Assembly: GCA_000992695.1 (NCBI GenBank)
Contig: LBUS01000006.1
Span: forward strand, 21,489-85,488
Source of the DNA: Candidatus Peregrinibacteria bacterium GW2011_GWF2_38_29
Lineage (GTDB): Bacteria; Patescibacteriota; Gracilibacteria; UBA1369; UBA12463
DNA: 64,000 nucleotides
Direction of reading: 5' to 3'
Shown here: positions 1 through 11,177 of the stretch, one piece after another
Layout: every line of letters starts with the position of its first letter
Position numbering within the stretch: position 1 is the stretch's first letter
Notes under the pieces: generated by a model
Databases searched by the model: none
What the model was told of the DNA's origin: nothing
The model's input: only the letters and a program-made list of their open reading frames with translations
Position numbers and translations under genes: made by a program

Positions 1-322
1 ATCAACAGGTTTTCAAAAATTCCTTTCAAATAAATTCCTTATTTTCACCGGCACAATTTCATTTTCAATTTATCTTATTCACGCGCTCATTCTCGGATCA
101 TTTTCAGGTTGGATGTTCCTAAAATTAATACCGCACTTTTCATACATCACAAGCTTTTCAATTTCTTTCACAATTTCAATCCCAATCATTTTTATCCTTG
201 CCTTCTATTCAACGAAATACATTGATTCAAACGGATTAAAATTCTCGCAATATATATACGAAAAACTCGCAAAACCGACTCTCCTAAAGTTCAAGATTAT
301 CCGTACAAAAGAATCCCAATAA
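1..322 (+). CDS. Acyltransferase-3 (OafA/YrhL-like) membrane O-acyltransferase, 5'-truncated by window edge
   Basis: Frame is open from position 2: STGFQKFLSNKFLIFTGTISFSIYLIHALIL..., matching the G-x-ISYS-x-YL-x-H motif of the family, followed by hydrophobic helices. Confidence 0.7.
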   Translation, partial: STGFQKFLSNKFLIFTGTISFSIYLIHALILGSFSGWMFLKLIPHFSYITSFSISFTISIPIIFILAFYSTKYIDSNGLKFSQYIYEKLAKPTLLKFKIIRTKESQ

Positions 323-632
323 AGACGAAGGTATTTATCAAAATCCACAAAACATAAGTAACTATAATCGGCTTTTCTTTATGTGTAATTCCGTATGCCA
401 ACCAAAAAATATTAAACAAAATATAACTTCCCCAAGAAATCGGAGCAAGCCCGCTTGCATTATGTTCAAACCAAACCTTAAACGCCTGCGGAAGCGTCAT
501 AACCGGACCCAAGATCCCAACAACATAAATCGCCTCATCCAAAAACCTCTTCCACTTATCAGGATTTGGCAATTGTTCGCCCATTTTGCAAACTCGTTTT
601 CGAAGATGATAATGATGCAAAGCTCCATTCAT
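297..632 (-). CDS. SemiSWEET/PQ-loop family small membrane transporter
   Basis: 3 TM helices, LPQ motif, NASGLAPISW, WLAYG...KEKPII pattern. Confidence 0.75.
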   Translation of the reverse strand: MNGALHHYHLRKRVCKMGEQLPNPDKWKRFLDEAIYVVGILGPVMTLPQAFKVWFEHNASGLAPISWGSYILFNIFWLAYGITHKEKPIIVTYVLWILINTFVFIGILLYG

Positions 633-713
633 AAATATTTTTGTCTTTATTTTACAATATTATACCATAAAAATGGCTTTAAATCAACTTACTAGGCTCA
701 ACGCGTACGCGAA

Positions 714-1496
714 CTACGACTTCGGCTCCCTCCAATTAAGAACAAGCTTTATCGTATTTGGAGCTTCACCTTCAACGATCACAAAAGGACAAATATCCTT
801 AGGATATTGATAAGAAAAAGTATTTCCCAAAGTCGCTTTTAAATTTATTCTAGCCTTATCATAACCACCATCGATTATTTCATCGATTACATCGTCAATC
901 TCAATTTCAACATTCAAACCACATTTCTCGGCTAATACATCATAAAACCTGGTCGCCGTTTCTCTCCTATTTTTTTTACCAAGCAAAAAATTAGTTCTAA
1001 ATGCCAAGTATCGATCTTTTTCAGAACCCATTGCGTCAAAAGTAAACGAAGGTGGAACGCGTAAATGCCCATTAGCAGAAGAATCTATGCCGGTTAAAAC
1101 CACAATCACACACTTCCTAGCATCCGCGGATAAACAATCCAAAAGCCTTAACTTATAAATATTTTCGGCAAACATCCTTAAAACTTCGGCCACAACATCA
1201 ATAAAAAATTTACAAAAAAATTGATCATTAAAACGACCGTCCATATCCCCTAAAAAAGCTTTTATTTCACCGGAAATCTGCTGAGTATTAACATTGCCGC
1301 AAAAGCCAGGAACGTCAGACGCTGAAATAGAAGAAAAAATAACTTCAGCCACATAAATAACTAGCATTTTATAAGCCAAATTAACATCTTCCACCCCAAG
1401 CGAACGATCTAAATAGCTTAAATATATTCTTGCAGCGCCTCCAATATCATGGACGTTGCCGGAAGATAAGTGATGTGTTTCCGCTATTGCTTCCAT
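714..1496 (-). CDS. Hypothetical protein (orphan, 260 aa)
   Basis: Long ORF with upstream TTGACA(1549-1544)-N17-TAAATT; no recognised motif. Confidence 0.6.
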   Translation of the reverse strand: MEAIAETHHLSSGNVHDIGGAARIYLSYLDRSLGVEDVNLAYKMLVIYVAEVIFSSISASDVPGFCGNVNTQQISGEIKAFLGDMDGRFNDQFFCKFFIDVVAEVLRMFAENIYKLRLLDCLSADARKCVIVVLTGIDSSANGHLRVPPSFTFDAMGSEKDRYLAFRTNFLLGKKNRRETATRFYDVLAEKCGLNVEIEIDDVIDEIIDGGYDKARINLKATLGNTFSYQYPKDICPFVIVEGEAPNTIKLVLNWREPKS

Positions 1497-1573
1497 ATAA
1501 ATTTTTATAAATGGAAAAATAATTTAACAGTAAAATAAGCTCGTGTCAATTCGAACTATCTTAAAATATAAAC

Positions 1574-2833
1574 CTACTTCTCATTCAGCTTCTTCTTTCT
1601 CAACGCCGACTTGATGAACGCTAAAGCAAAAATCACGCCAACGACACCAATTGCAGAAAAAGCTTTTTCAATACCAAGCGTATCCGCCAAAAATCCGGAT
1701 AAAATAGGTCCAATCACATATCCAATGTTTGTAAAAAAATCTTCCAAACCTTCAACGTCTTTTTCAATTGCAGGAAATTCGGAAATATAATCAGCATAAG
1801 ATCCGTTCAAAGAAGGATAAGAAATTGCAATTGTCATAGAAACAAAAAATGTTAGTCCAATTGTCAAAACCGGATTAATCGCCGAAATAAGAGCAAAACA
1901 AGAAAGCAAGATTGCTCCAATTAAAAATGAAATATATGCAACTTTTAGTTTTCCGCATCTACTTGTTAACTTTGAAACAAAAAATCCAACCAAAATAAAA
2001 GGCAATGCATAGGCAGCCAACAGCAAACCATTAAACCCATCAAGTCCCAATCCTTCAGAATAAATCGGCCCTATTGTCCAAAAAAACGCATCTACTGTAT
2101 ATAAAAAGAATGTTAAAAATAAAGCAGGAAAAACGTATCCGCCAATTTTTTTCCACAATTTAAATTGGCTCGCTGAATTCGGAAGCTCTTTCACGGCGCA
2201 ATACCCATCTTCACATTTCACATCAACAAGTTTTTTCTTTCTAGTGATGATCATTAATAAAATCAAAAATAAAAATCCAACGAAAAGAAAAATCGCACTT
2301 CCGGCAAAAGTTTTAAAATCAACATATTCAACAATCAATAAACTGGCAACAAGAGGCGCAATAATTTCAGCTAAATACGCAAAAACCTGCACAATCCCAA
2401 AACTGGCCGCATGCTCTTTTTTTTCCGTATAACAACTTACAAAATCAAAAAGTCCAAAATTATATAAATCATAATAAATGCCCCAAACGAGCATTGCAAG
2501 AATATATATCGGAATCGTTTTTGCCTGCCATAAAATCAAAGGAAAAATGGCCGAAATCGCAAACATAAACATAAAAACCCTTCTAAAATTCACGGTCTTC
2601 ACAAACCTACACATCAAAAAATCAAACGCTGCACCCGCAATCGAAGAAGAACCAAGAATAAACCCCATTTGCGTCGCCGAAAACCCATGTTCAGTCAAAA
2701 TCAAAGGAACCGCATAAGACAATATGCAATCAAAAATCGTCCAGAAAAAAACCATGGCCGAAAGAAAATAAAGCGGTTTATGGCTTTCCTTATACTGCTT
2801 AAGCTGTACGTATAAATGCTTTAGCGATGACAT
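1574..2833 (-). CDS. MFS transporter
   Basis: About 12 hydrophobic segments, C-terminal GYVIGPILSGFLADTLG typical of MFS. Confidence 0.85.
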   Translation of the reverse strand: MSSLKHLYVQLKQYKESHKPLYFLSAMVFFWTIFDCILSYAVPLILTEHGFSATQMGFILGSSSIAGAAFDFLMCRFVKTVNFRRVFMFMFAISAIFPLILWQAKTIPIYILAMLVWGIYYDLYNFGLFDFVSCYTEKKEHAASFGIVQVFAYLAEIIAPLVASLLIVEYVDFKTFAGSAIFLFVGFLFLILLMIITRKKKLVDVKCEDGYCAVKELPNSASQFKLWKKIGGYVFPALFLTFFLYTVDAFFWTIGPIYSEGLGLDGFNGLLLAAYALPFILVGFFVSKLTSRCGKLKVAYISFLIGAILLSCFALISAINPVLTIGLTFFVSMTIAISYPSLNGSYADYISEFPAIEKDVEGLEDFFTNIGYVIGPILSGFLADTLGIEKAFSAIGVVGVIFALAFIKSALRKKKLNEK

Positions 2834-2842
2834 ATAAGCCTT

Positions 2843-3517
2843 TTAATTACCAAAGGAAAATCCATGTTTAGCGGCAAACTCTTCAATACGCTTAAGCTGA
2901 AATCGATCCATGACGTCTTTAGAATTTTTGCGTCGCGCCTCGGTTAAGGCGGCTTGAATCTTCAAACTATCAGGATTTAAGCGTAAATTAAACCTTTTCG
3001 CATTATCTAAAATATCGTTAAGCCCATCAAAAAAAACAACGTGTTGCAATTCACTAGCAATAAACGTTTCAAACTTATCGGAAAATTCGGACAAATCCAT
3101 GCCCGGATAAAAAAACCTAAACATAATACGAAGATCAACTGATGCATGGCCTTGAGGAGCTGAAGAAGATAAAATATGAGAAACGGTTGAGCGATAAGCC
3201 TCAACAACTTCCGGATCACGCAATAAAGCTAACGCAGCTTTACCCAACTTCGTACGTGGTTTCCCCGCAAAGTGTTGAAATCTTTTGAACACATCGCCGG
3301 TTGTATGAACATAGGGATTTCTAAAAGCATGAACTAATTCCGTTTTAGAAACCGCTTCAACAGAAGGAACAACTGCCTCAACCCTTTCAGCGACACCGAC
3401 CTCATTTACAACCTGTAATAAATCATCGGCCGATGCATTTGGGCCAACTTCTAGTCTCTTTTTAGGCTCATCCCCTTCTACGCCAACATCAACTCTCCTT
3501 GCTTGATTTGGATCCAT
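2843..3517 (-). CDS. Hypothetical protein (orphan, 224 aa)
   Basis: Long ORF, ATG after AT-rich leader; no recognised motif. Confidence 0.6.
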   Translation of the reverse strand: MDPNQARRVDVGVEGDEPKKRLEVGPNASADDLLQVVNEVGVAERVEAVVPSVEAVSKTELVHAFRNPYVHTTGDVFKRFQHFAGKPRTKLGKAALALLRDPEVVEAYRSTVSHILSSSAPQGHASVDLRIMFRFFYPGMDLSEFSDKFETFIASELQHVVFFDGLNDILDNAKRFNLRLNPDSLKIQAALTEARRKNSKDVMDRFQLKRIEEFAAKHGFSFGN

Positions 3518-3749
3518 AATTTTTATTGTTATTTTTGTATTATCTATATTATAGCATAAAAATGACTATATTGCAACAAAACGAAGGAAGAGGGTGCTGT
3601 GAACACCGACAAATAGAATAAAACGCTATAAATCGTAAAATATTCGCATACTTTGTCATCGCCAAATACTTGAATAACGCACCATAAAAGTACGATAATT
3701 TAAAATAGATTTTTAACAAGTCAATATTAATAACCTTACCCCTCCTCAC

Positions 3750-6700
3750 ATGAAAACCTCTACATGGCTTAGTCGTGTTTTGTCGCGCATTTTAACAATC
3801 ACGTTAATTGCGATGATGACAATCCAAATCGCACCGCCTGTAAAAGCGACGATTGTCGCAGGCGATCATTTCACTTTAACAGTTGCAGATGATGCAACCT
3901 CAATGGATTCCGGGGGGACATTGGTTTTTACGGCAAAAAGTTATAACAGTTTAAATGAAGCAAAAGCATTAACCGGAAGTGATAAAGCCTGTGTGGAAAT
4001 AAATAATCCATCAACCTTTTCTCCAAGTACATATGTTGACGTAACTGCGGTGGGAGCCGGTTTAACAGTTACAAACGTAGGATCCGGATCAAACCCTCAT
4101 CAAGGAGGATCGGGAATGTATCCGACTGAAAGCTCAGATATAAGCGGAAGTAATAATAATTTGGTTTGTTTTAACATGGCCGTAGGAGATTCCGACACAA
4201 ATACATTTACAGTAAGAGCAACGTCTAATTTTGGCATTTATGTTTACACAAATGGGGTGACAATAAATGATAATTCAGAAACATATCCCGGAAAAGATTT
4301 TGCAATGATAACTGTAAATTCCGCATCGGGCGGAGCGGACCATCTGGTTGCAAACATTGCCGCTTCAACGGCTGAAACAAACGCGGAAATACCGGTTACA
4401 ATAACTCAAGTTAATGCGGGAGGAGGAATTGTCTCTTCAGCGCTCACAGACGTTATGGTAACTCTTTTATCATCAATACCGTCATCAGCTGAGTCCAACG
4501 TGATCACGTCAAGCTCGGAACATGGATTAAGCGTTAATGATTTTATTAAATTTTCGTTTGCTGCAAACAATACAAGCGCCACCTATCTCGTCAGTACCGT
4601 ATCCTCTCCAACAACGTTTAAAGTTATCGGACCAACAAATAACTTTATAGCGGGAGGATTTACAAAACTAACTCCATCATCAACCTCTTCGGGAGCGTCA
4701 AATTCAATGCATGCCACAACCCCGGGAACTATATCCTCAAACACCGCATCCACAATAAGCATGCAAGCCACGGGCAACATAACGGTCCCGGGAGGAGTTG
4801 CAATACAAGGATGTACGGACGCTAAATACATAGCCTCTTCTAAAACAGCGGATTCAATTTCGGTTATCGGACCAACTGCTTGTACGCCAACTCCGGGTGG
4901 AAACATTACATCTCTAACTTTAACACCCGGAACTGAAAGCTCATACACTTTAAACGGAAGCAGTGCATATATTTATTCTATTAACGGAACTCCAACTGGA
5001 AATACAACCACAACATACGCGGCAGATCAATCTTTAACAAACGGCGTCTTAAACGTGGTCATAAAAGCTTCCGAAGCGGAAACAATTCTAGTTTCAGCAT
5101 CATCAGACACTCTTGCCAGCGACGAAACGGATGTCAATGATTCCGTTATTATATCTTCAGCATCTTCACTCACAATTAAAGGATATGGCCCACCAAATAA
5201 TCAAAACGGAGTACCGACAAATGCTCCAATAGACATAATGTTTAATAGAAGTCCAAGTAGCGAAAGCATTACATTCCCTCTTACAAACACGGCAGACAGT
5301 GCAATATCAATTTCATCGGGAGGAGTGCCAACAACAGGGGTATGGGAAGTATTTGCTGAAAACTATGGAGACTTTTCTTTTTACAGAACTAAATTCACTC
5401 CAACATCAGGAATGTTGACAGCATCAACAGTGTATACGGTTTCAATTCTAAAATCTTTTGTAAGCACCCTGGAATTACCTGAAGGATCTACCTCTCTTAC
5501 AGATGCCGGATCTTCATATACATTCGCAATAACAACCGGGACGGGAGGTGGAGATTTCACACAGCCACAAGATGGCGGCAACGCCCCGGGAGGCATGGGT
5601 GGCGGTTTCACAGGAACGTTCGGAGGATCGGTACCGCCAATGGCAAACTTGGGATATCCAAGGCCGGGATCATGGGACGTACCAACCAATATATCAAAAA
5701 TTTCTATAGATTTTGATAGACAAATGGACGCAACAACCTTTACAAATACAAATATTTATCTGAAAAAAATTGTAAATGGAGTAGAAGTAGATCCGATCGT
5801 AACAACGACGGTTTCACCAACAACCGGTACAAGCCAAAACGCATCTCTGGCAATAACCGGGACCTTGGCAGCCAACAGCGAATATAGAGTGGTGGTAACA
5901 AGAAATGTAAAAGATCCAAAAGGAACTCAACTGGCGGGTATGCCACTAGACGATGACGGAAATCCATTGCAAAGTTTTGGATTTGGATTTAACAACATGG
6001 GATCGTTTAAAGAAAATTTCCGAACCGGTTCGGGCACGTCAACAATTACAGCAAGTTTAATGGGTTCAAATCTTGATAAATATAACTCATCGGGAACAAT
6101 CACCGGAGTACCGACTTCAATAATTCCAAGAGCAAGCTTTAACGGGCCGCTGGATCCATCAACGGTTAATTCTACAAATGTAACTCTTAGAAAAGGGTCA
6201 TCGCCTGTCACGGGGACCGTTAATTACAAAGGAGAATCCAATGTAATTGAATTTGCCACATCAACAACTCTCCTGGCAAATACAATTTATACGTTTAACG
6301 TTTCGACAAGCGTTACGAGCGTAACGGGAGCCGCAATATCAGAAGTAACAAAAACATTCACCACAGGGTCTGAAGATATAACAGCTCCTCAATTGGTATT
6401 TTCAGAAGCTGATAACTATGGATTTAGAGTAAAATTCGACGAAGCAATGGACCAAAGTTTAGCGGAAAATAAAGCCTATTACACTCTAAAAACATGCTCG
6501 GGAAGCGCAGTATCACCAGACGGAAGTTCTTGCACGGGAGAAGGGAGCGTAACAACAGTAAGTTTAATGACAGGAGTGAATGCTCATTACGATACCTTTG
6601 AAAACTCAGTCTGGTTTGATGGTCTTACATTAACAGCAAATGACGGATTTTATATAGCGATAAATTCAAGCGTAAAAGACGCGGCGGGAAACGCGATTAA

Positions 6701-9700
6701 TTCCTCATATGACACGTTCAACGGAATGATTATGGGCGCTGATAAATTTGCCGGAGGACAAGGAATGCAAACCATGGGAGGCTTGGGAATGCAAGATTTC
6801 AACATGGGAACAATGGGTATGACTCCTATTTCTGCAATGCCAATGAATTCAATGGCAAGCGCAACAACAAAGTTTTTCATAAGATTCCCTGTAGCGACAC
6901 AAATCCCAACAGGTGGGTGGGTGGAACTTACTTTCCCTGCAGGATTTACAGTAACAGGTGTAAAACAAGATGCACAAAGCCCAATGAAAACAGACTTCAA
7001 TGGACCGGCAACGGGCACGCCAACGTTTGCAACAAATCTAACAAGTATAACTCCAACTCCAACTGATGGAGCCGGAGCACAGGCAAATGACGGAGTCGGA
7101 TATATCGCGGCGGCAAATAAAGTTTATGTAAAATTATCAGGAGCAACGAGCGCGTCCGACTTTATACAAATTGATTTGGATGGAATCACAAACGCAAGCG
7201 AACCAAAAGACTCTTCAAGCTCCGGATACAGTTTGCAAATTAAAACGTTTAATAGCTCCGGCGCTCTTTTGGAAGGAATGACAACAATGCCATTCTTCAT
7301 CAGCTCATCGGGAACAGGCAGTATTGGCGGACGCATAACGGCAAGCTCAACCGGAATAAACGGAGTAACTGTTTATATTGGCTCTCCGTTTACAGGTCCA
7401 ATGGAAACAACAACGGCAAATAATGCCAATGGAGGAGGTGAAGATGGAGAATATAAATTTTCAAATCTTCCATCAGGACAATACATGATCTTTACTCAAC
7501 CAAACTTCACGGTTGGAGAAACAACTTATAACGGAAAATCGAATCCGGAACCTATAACTGTAAGCGGAACCACGGTAAAAAATATTTCAATTACAGCTTC
7601 AAACGGAACAACGGGAGCAACACAACCTATAACCATTAGCTACACATCTGAAAGCCTAGCGGCTATAACAAGCCTTGGATTTAATGACAGCATAGACGTA
7701 TTCGCCAATAGCCCAAAAGGATTTGTTTCACAAACAATTGCGCGCGCGTCTTTAACCGGAACAAGCAAAACGGTCAATTTATATTTACCAACAGCAGGAG
7801 ATTGGATGGTCGGCATTGGTCCGGCTATGCCAAAAGGCCCAATGGCGGGAACACCATCGCAAATGAACTGGATTCCGGGACCTTCAAGAAATGTAATGAT
7901 TACACAAAGTGATATTGGAGGAGCCTCAAAAAGCGCAATTCCATTTACAATGAGCATAGCGGATAAAGCGATTACAGGAAAAGTTCTCGACGCATCCGGC
8001 ACGGCAATATCAAATGCTGAAATTTATGCTTATAACCCAAAAGGAGGAACGGGAAGCCACACAACATCCGCGACAGACGGAACATTCACGTTAAACGTAA
8101 CAGAGGGAACATATAAAGTCGGTGCATTTTTACCGGGCATGCCAAATTCGGGAGAAATTGCAATATTGGTTTCCGGAAGCAGTTTTTACGTTGACGGCTC
8201 CCCAACAGCTTCAACGGGATCATCCGGAGACAATCCATTCAACTTAAAAATTAATAAATCAAACTCTGCATTAACGATCCAAGGAAGAGTAACTGATGGA
8301 ACTAATGCAATTTCAAATTCAGCAGTATGGAGCCATAGAACGGATTCCCCTGCCCCACCAATACATTCCAAAACAGACAACACCGGAAATTACACATTAT
8401 ACGTTTCAGCAGGAACATGGATGGTTGAAGCGGACGCCCCGGGATATGGGTACATGGGATCAAAAACATTAACCGTCACAACGTCAAATCTCGCAAATCA
8501 AGATTTCACAGTTGCAAACGACCAAGGAAGTATTTCCGGAACAATCAACATCCCCGGCACATCCGATGACTCCGGCGTAATAGTAACCGCGTACTGCACG
8601 GATGGTACAAATGAAACAACAACGGCCGCAGATGGAACATATACAATGAACGTACCGGACGGAACTTGTACGGTAAGAGCAAATATTCCGGGAACCGGCG
8701 AACTTGCTCCTCAAACGGTAGCGGTGGATGGAACGGAAACAGGAAAAGACTTTGCGGTTGCAACTCCACAAACATTCACAATAACGCTCAACGAAGCGGT
8801 TAGTGAAGATACCGAAATAAATTTATTCAATGCAACCGGACAAGGAAATGAAATAATAATTCCCGCAGGAAGCACATCAGCATCAGTGACCGTACCGGAA
8901 GGAACATATTACTTAGATACAGACATCCCGGGAATTCCATTGTCCGATGTGGAAACAACCGGTGCGGAATTTAATAATGTAAACGGAACGCCGGGTGAAA
9001 ACAACGAAATAAATATTGACGGGACCGGTGACAGCATAGTCCTTACCCTCCCAACGATATATTCGGTTTCAGGACAAATAACCAGCTCGAGCACGGGAAT
9101 CAACGATGTAACTATTTCCATTTACAATACAACATCAAAAGAAACCTTTGCCGTCACAACATCGAATGATGCGGCAGGAGGAGGATTAGACGGAGAATAT
9201 TTAATAAAACTTCCGGCCGGAACATACAGCATTTCAGCGGATAAATCGGGGTACTCCTCTACTCCAATCGATGTAACGGTAGCAGACACTTCAACGGGAA
9301 ACAATATAGCTCTAACTGTAAACTCAAGAACCATAGCCGGAACAGTTTTGGCGGGAGGAGTTGCAGCAGCAGACACAAAAGTTTATGCAGAAGCATCAGG
9401 TGGTGGATTTGCTTCAACTACAACTTCAACAGACGGAACATATATACTATCCGTAAAACCGGGAATCTGGACAATAAACGCAAAATTAGACGGATATGCG
9501 GAAGGAACGGCACTGCAAGTTGATGTAACCGCAGCCAACGAAACGGGAAAAAACTTTTCATTAACTGCATTAACGGGAGCGGATATTCCAAGCGCTCCAC
9601 AAAGCGAAACCGTTGTTCCAAGCACAGGAGGAATTATTAGCGACACAGGAACAAATACAGAAATCCTTGTACCGCCAAATGCTTTGGGATCCGGAACCGA

Positions 9701-11042
9701 CGCGGGACAAGTCACTACAAAAGAAATAAGCGATGTATTTGAAACCCCAACAGCAATTCCAATCGGCTACGGACAAGAAATATCCGCATCAGATGCAAAC
9801 GGAAATCCGATCACAACATTAGATAACGAAGTAACATTCTCGCTATATTTAACTGCGGACGAATTAATCGCGGCAGGACTAGACACCCCAGCAGAAGCAG
9901 ATCAATTAACAGTTGGATATTGGGACGATGGCGCAAACAACTGGGTGCCTCAATCATCAACAAAAGAATATTACGATGCAAGCGGGAATATTATTCCTTA
10001 TACAACGGTTGAAGCTGCGGGAACATTATTAGCGGCAAACGTAGACTACGTATACTTAGTTGCAGAAACGGATCACTTCACGACATTTGCCCCAATCCTC
10101 CCAACAGGCCCAACTCCACCGGCAACACCGGCAACACCAACTGCAACAGCAGGAAGTGGACAAGTCACATTAACTTGGACAAAAAACAGCGAAGCAGATA
10201 TGTCCAGCTATAACATCTGGGAAGCGAATGTATCAGAAGGAGTTGCAACAACACTACTCCAGTCCGCTTGTGGCACAACAACGTGTACAAAAACGATCAC
10301 AGGCCTAACAAATGGAACTACATATTCATATCAGATTATCGCCGTTGATACAGATGGCAACGAATCTGCAGGATCAACAGCAGCTTCAGTAACTCCGGCA
10401 GCCAGCGTAACGGGAGGTGGCGCCATTATACAGTTAGCATTAACGCCGGAAACCCCTAAAAGCACAAACGAAACAACCATAACACCGTCAATAAAAAGCA
10501 TAACGGATATTGCCGGACATTGGGCAAAAACATTTATCGAGGATCTTTTTGCAAAAAAGGTTATATCCGGGACAGACGCAACCCACTATAGTCCTAACAA
10601 ACCTATAACCAGAGCCGAGTTCACAAAAATCGCGATAAATATGTTTAACATCCAAGTCAACAACAGCCTCATGACAACTTCATTCAAAGATGTTAAAACG
10701 AGCGATTGGTTCGCACCTTATGTAGAAGCGGCTTACGGCAAACAAATTATTGCGGGCTATGAAAATAATCTGTTTAAACCAAATCAACCGATCAATAGGG
10801 CTGAAGCGGTAAAAATTCTATTCGATGCCGCAAAAATAAAAGTGGATGAAATTGTGTTTAGCGCAAAATTCCCTGATGTAAAAAATACCGACTGGTACGC
10901 AAAATACGTTGAATACGCCGCAAACAATAAAATCGTTAATGGCTACGAAAACGGCATGTTCAACCCATCCAATAACATAACCAGAGCCGAAGCGGCAAAG
11001 ATTGCTTCACTTTTACTTGGATTAACAGTTCAAGCAAAATAA
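3750..11042 (+). CDS. Giant secreted surface protein (2430 aa): signal peptide, Ig-like (Big_5-type) and carboxypeptidase-regulatory-like repeats, FN3 domain, three C-terminal SLH domains
   Basis: N-terminal signal (..APPVKA); repeats of VPTN..I...F...MD and G.V.....T...DG.Y.L.V..GTY.V; FN3 VTLTW...Y.I...ITGLTNGTTYSYQI.AVD..GNES; SLH repeats DIAGHWA...PNKPITRAEF, F.DV...DWFA...GY....FKPNQPINRAEA, F.DV...DWYA...FNPSNNITRAEA. Confidence 0.9.
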   Translation: MKTSTWLSRVLSRILTITLIAMMTIQIAPPVKATIVAGDHFTLTVADDATSMDSGGTLVFTAKSYNSLNEAKALTGSDKACVEINNPSTFSPSTYVDVTAVGAGLTVTNVGSGSNPHQGGSGMYPTESSDISGSNNNLVCFNMAVGDSDTNTFTVRATSNFGIYVYTNGVTINDNSETYPGKDFAMITVNSASGGADHLVANIAASTAETNAEIPVTITQVNAGGGIVSSALTDVMVTLLSSIPSSAESNVITSSSEHGLSVNDFIKFSFAANNTSATYLVSTVSSPTTFKVIGPTNNFIAGGFTKLTPSSTSSGASNSMHATTPGTISSNTASTISMQATGNITVPGGVAIQGCTDAKYIASSKTADSISVIGPTACTPTPGGNITSLTLTPGTESSYTLNGSSAYIYSINGTPTGNTTTTYAADQSLTNGVLNVVIKASEAETILVSASSDTLASDETDVNDSVIISSASSLTIKGYGPPNNQNGVPTNAPIDIMFNRSPSSESITFPLTNTADSAISISSGGVPTTGVWEVFAENYGDFSFYRTKFTPTSGMLTASTVYTVSILKSFVSTLELPEGSTSLTDAGSSYTFAITTGTGGGDFTQPQDGGNAPGGMGGGFTGTFGGSVPPMANLGYPRPGSWDVPTNISKISIDFDRQMDATTFTNTNIYLKKIVNGVEVDPIVTTTVSPTTGTSQNASLAITGTLAANSEYRVVVTRNVKDPKGTQLAGMPLDDDGNPLQSFGFGFNNMGSFKENFRTGSGTSTITASLMGSNLDKYNSSGTITGVPTSIIPRASFNGPLDPSTVNSTNVTLRKGSSPVTGTVNYKGESNVIEFATSTTLLANTIYTFNVSTSVTSVTGAAISEVTKTFTTGSEDITAPQLVFSEADNYGFRVKFDEAMDQSLAENKAYYTLKTCSGSAVSPDGSSCTGEGSVTTVSLMTGVNAHYDTFENSVWFDGLTLTANDGFYIAINSSVKDAAGNAINSSYDTFNGMIMGADKFAGGQGMQTMGGLGMQDFNMGTMGMTPISAMPMNSMASATTKFFIRFPVATQIPTGGWVELTFPAGFTVTGVKQDAQSPMKTDFNGPATGTPTFATNLTSITPTPTDGAGAQANDGVGYIAAANKVYVKLSGATSASDFIQIDLDGITNASEPKDSSSSGYSLQIKTFNSSGALLEGMTTMPFFISSSGTGSIGGRITASSTGINGVTVYIGSPFTGPMETTTANNANGGGEDGEYKFSNLPSGQYMIFTQPNFTVGETTYNGKSNPEPITVSGTTVKNISITASNGTTGATQPITISYTSESLAAITSLGFNDSIDVFANSPKGFVSQTIARASLTGTSKTVNLYLPTAGDWMVGIGPAMPKGPMAGTPSQMNWIPGPSRNVMITQSDIGGASKSAIPFTMSIADKAITGKVLDASGTAISNAEIYAYNPKGGTGSHTTSATDGTFTLNVTEGTYKVGAFLPGMPNSGEIAILVSGSSFYVDGSPTASTGSSGDNPFNLKINKSNSALTIQGRVTDGTNAISNSAVWSHRTDSPAPPIHSKTDNTGNYTLYVSAGTWMVEADAPGYGYMGSKTLTVTTSNLANQDFTVANDQGSISGTINIPGTSDDSGVIVTAYCTDGTNETTTAADGTYTMNVPDGTCTVRANIPGTGELAPQTVAVDGTETGKDFAVATPQTFTITLNEAVSEDTEINLFNATGQGNEIIIPAGSTSASVTVPEGTYYLDTDIPGIPLSDVETTGAEFNNVNGTPGENNEINIDGTGDSIVLTLPTIYSVSGQITSSSTGINDVTISIYNTTSKETFAVTTSNDAAGGGLDGEYLIKLPAGTYSISADKSGYSSTPIDVTVADTSTGNNIALTVNSRTIAGTVLAGGVAAADTKVYAEASGGGFASTTTSTDGTYILSVKPGIWTINAKLDGYAEGTALQVDVTAANETGKNFSLTALTGADIPSAPQSETVVPSTGGIISDTGTNTEILVPPNALGSGTDAGQVTTKEISDVFETPTAIPIGYGQEISASDANGNPITTLDNEVTFSLYLTADELIAAGLDTPAEADQLTVGYWDDGANNWVPQSSTKEYYDASGNIIPYTTVEAAGTLLAANVDYVYLVAETDHFTTFAPILPTGPTPPATPATPTATAGSGQVTLTWTKNSEADMSSYNIWEANVSEGVATTLLQSACGTTTCTKTITGLTNGTTYSYQIIAVDTDGNESAGSTAASVTPAASVTGGGAIIQLALTPETPKSTNETTITPSIKSITDIAGHWAKTFIEDLFAKKVISGTDATHYSPNKPITRAEFTKIAINMFNIQVNNSLMTTSFKDVKTSDWFAPYVEAAYGKQIIAGYENNLFKPNQPINRAEAVKILFDAAKIKVDEIVFSAKFPDVKNTDWYAKYVEYAANNKIVNGYENGMFNPSNNITRAEAAKIASLLLGLTVQAK

Positions 11043-11070
11043 ACCAAATAAATAGATAAACAAAACATCG

Positions 11071-11099
11071 AAAGGGCGCTTAAAAAAGGCGCCCTTTTT
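11071..11099 (+). terminator. Intrinsic terminator after the surface-protein gene
   Basis: AAAGGGCGC-N9-GCGCCCTTT followed by T-run. Confidence 0.85.
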
Positions 11100-11124
11100 A
11101 AATAACTATAAGCCTCCAATCTAT

Positions 11125-11153
11125 TTGACAAAATCTATTTTTATAATTATAAT
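11125..11153 (+). promoter_or_regulatory. Consensus sigma70 promoter
   Basis: TTGACA-N17-TATAAT, 24 nt upstream of ATG 11178. Confidence 0.8.
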
Positions 11154-11177
11154 TTAACCAACTTAAACAATACACAC

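Noticed and set aside
4583-9776. Many antisense ORFs within the giant surface-protein gene
   Set aside because: Explained by codon bias of a Thr/Gly/Ser-rich gene; no independent motifs or starts
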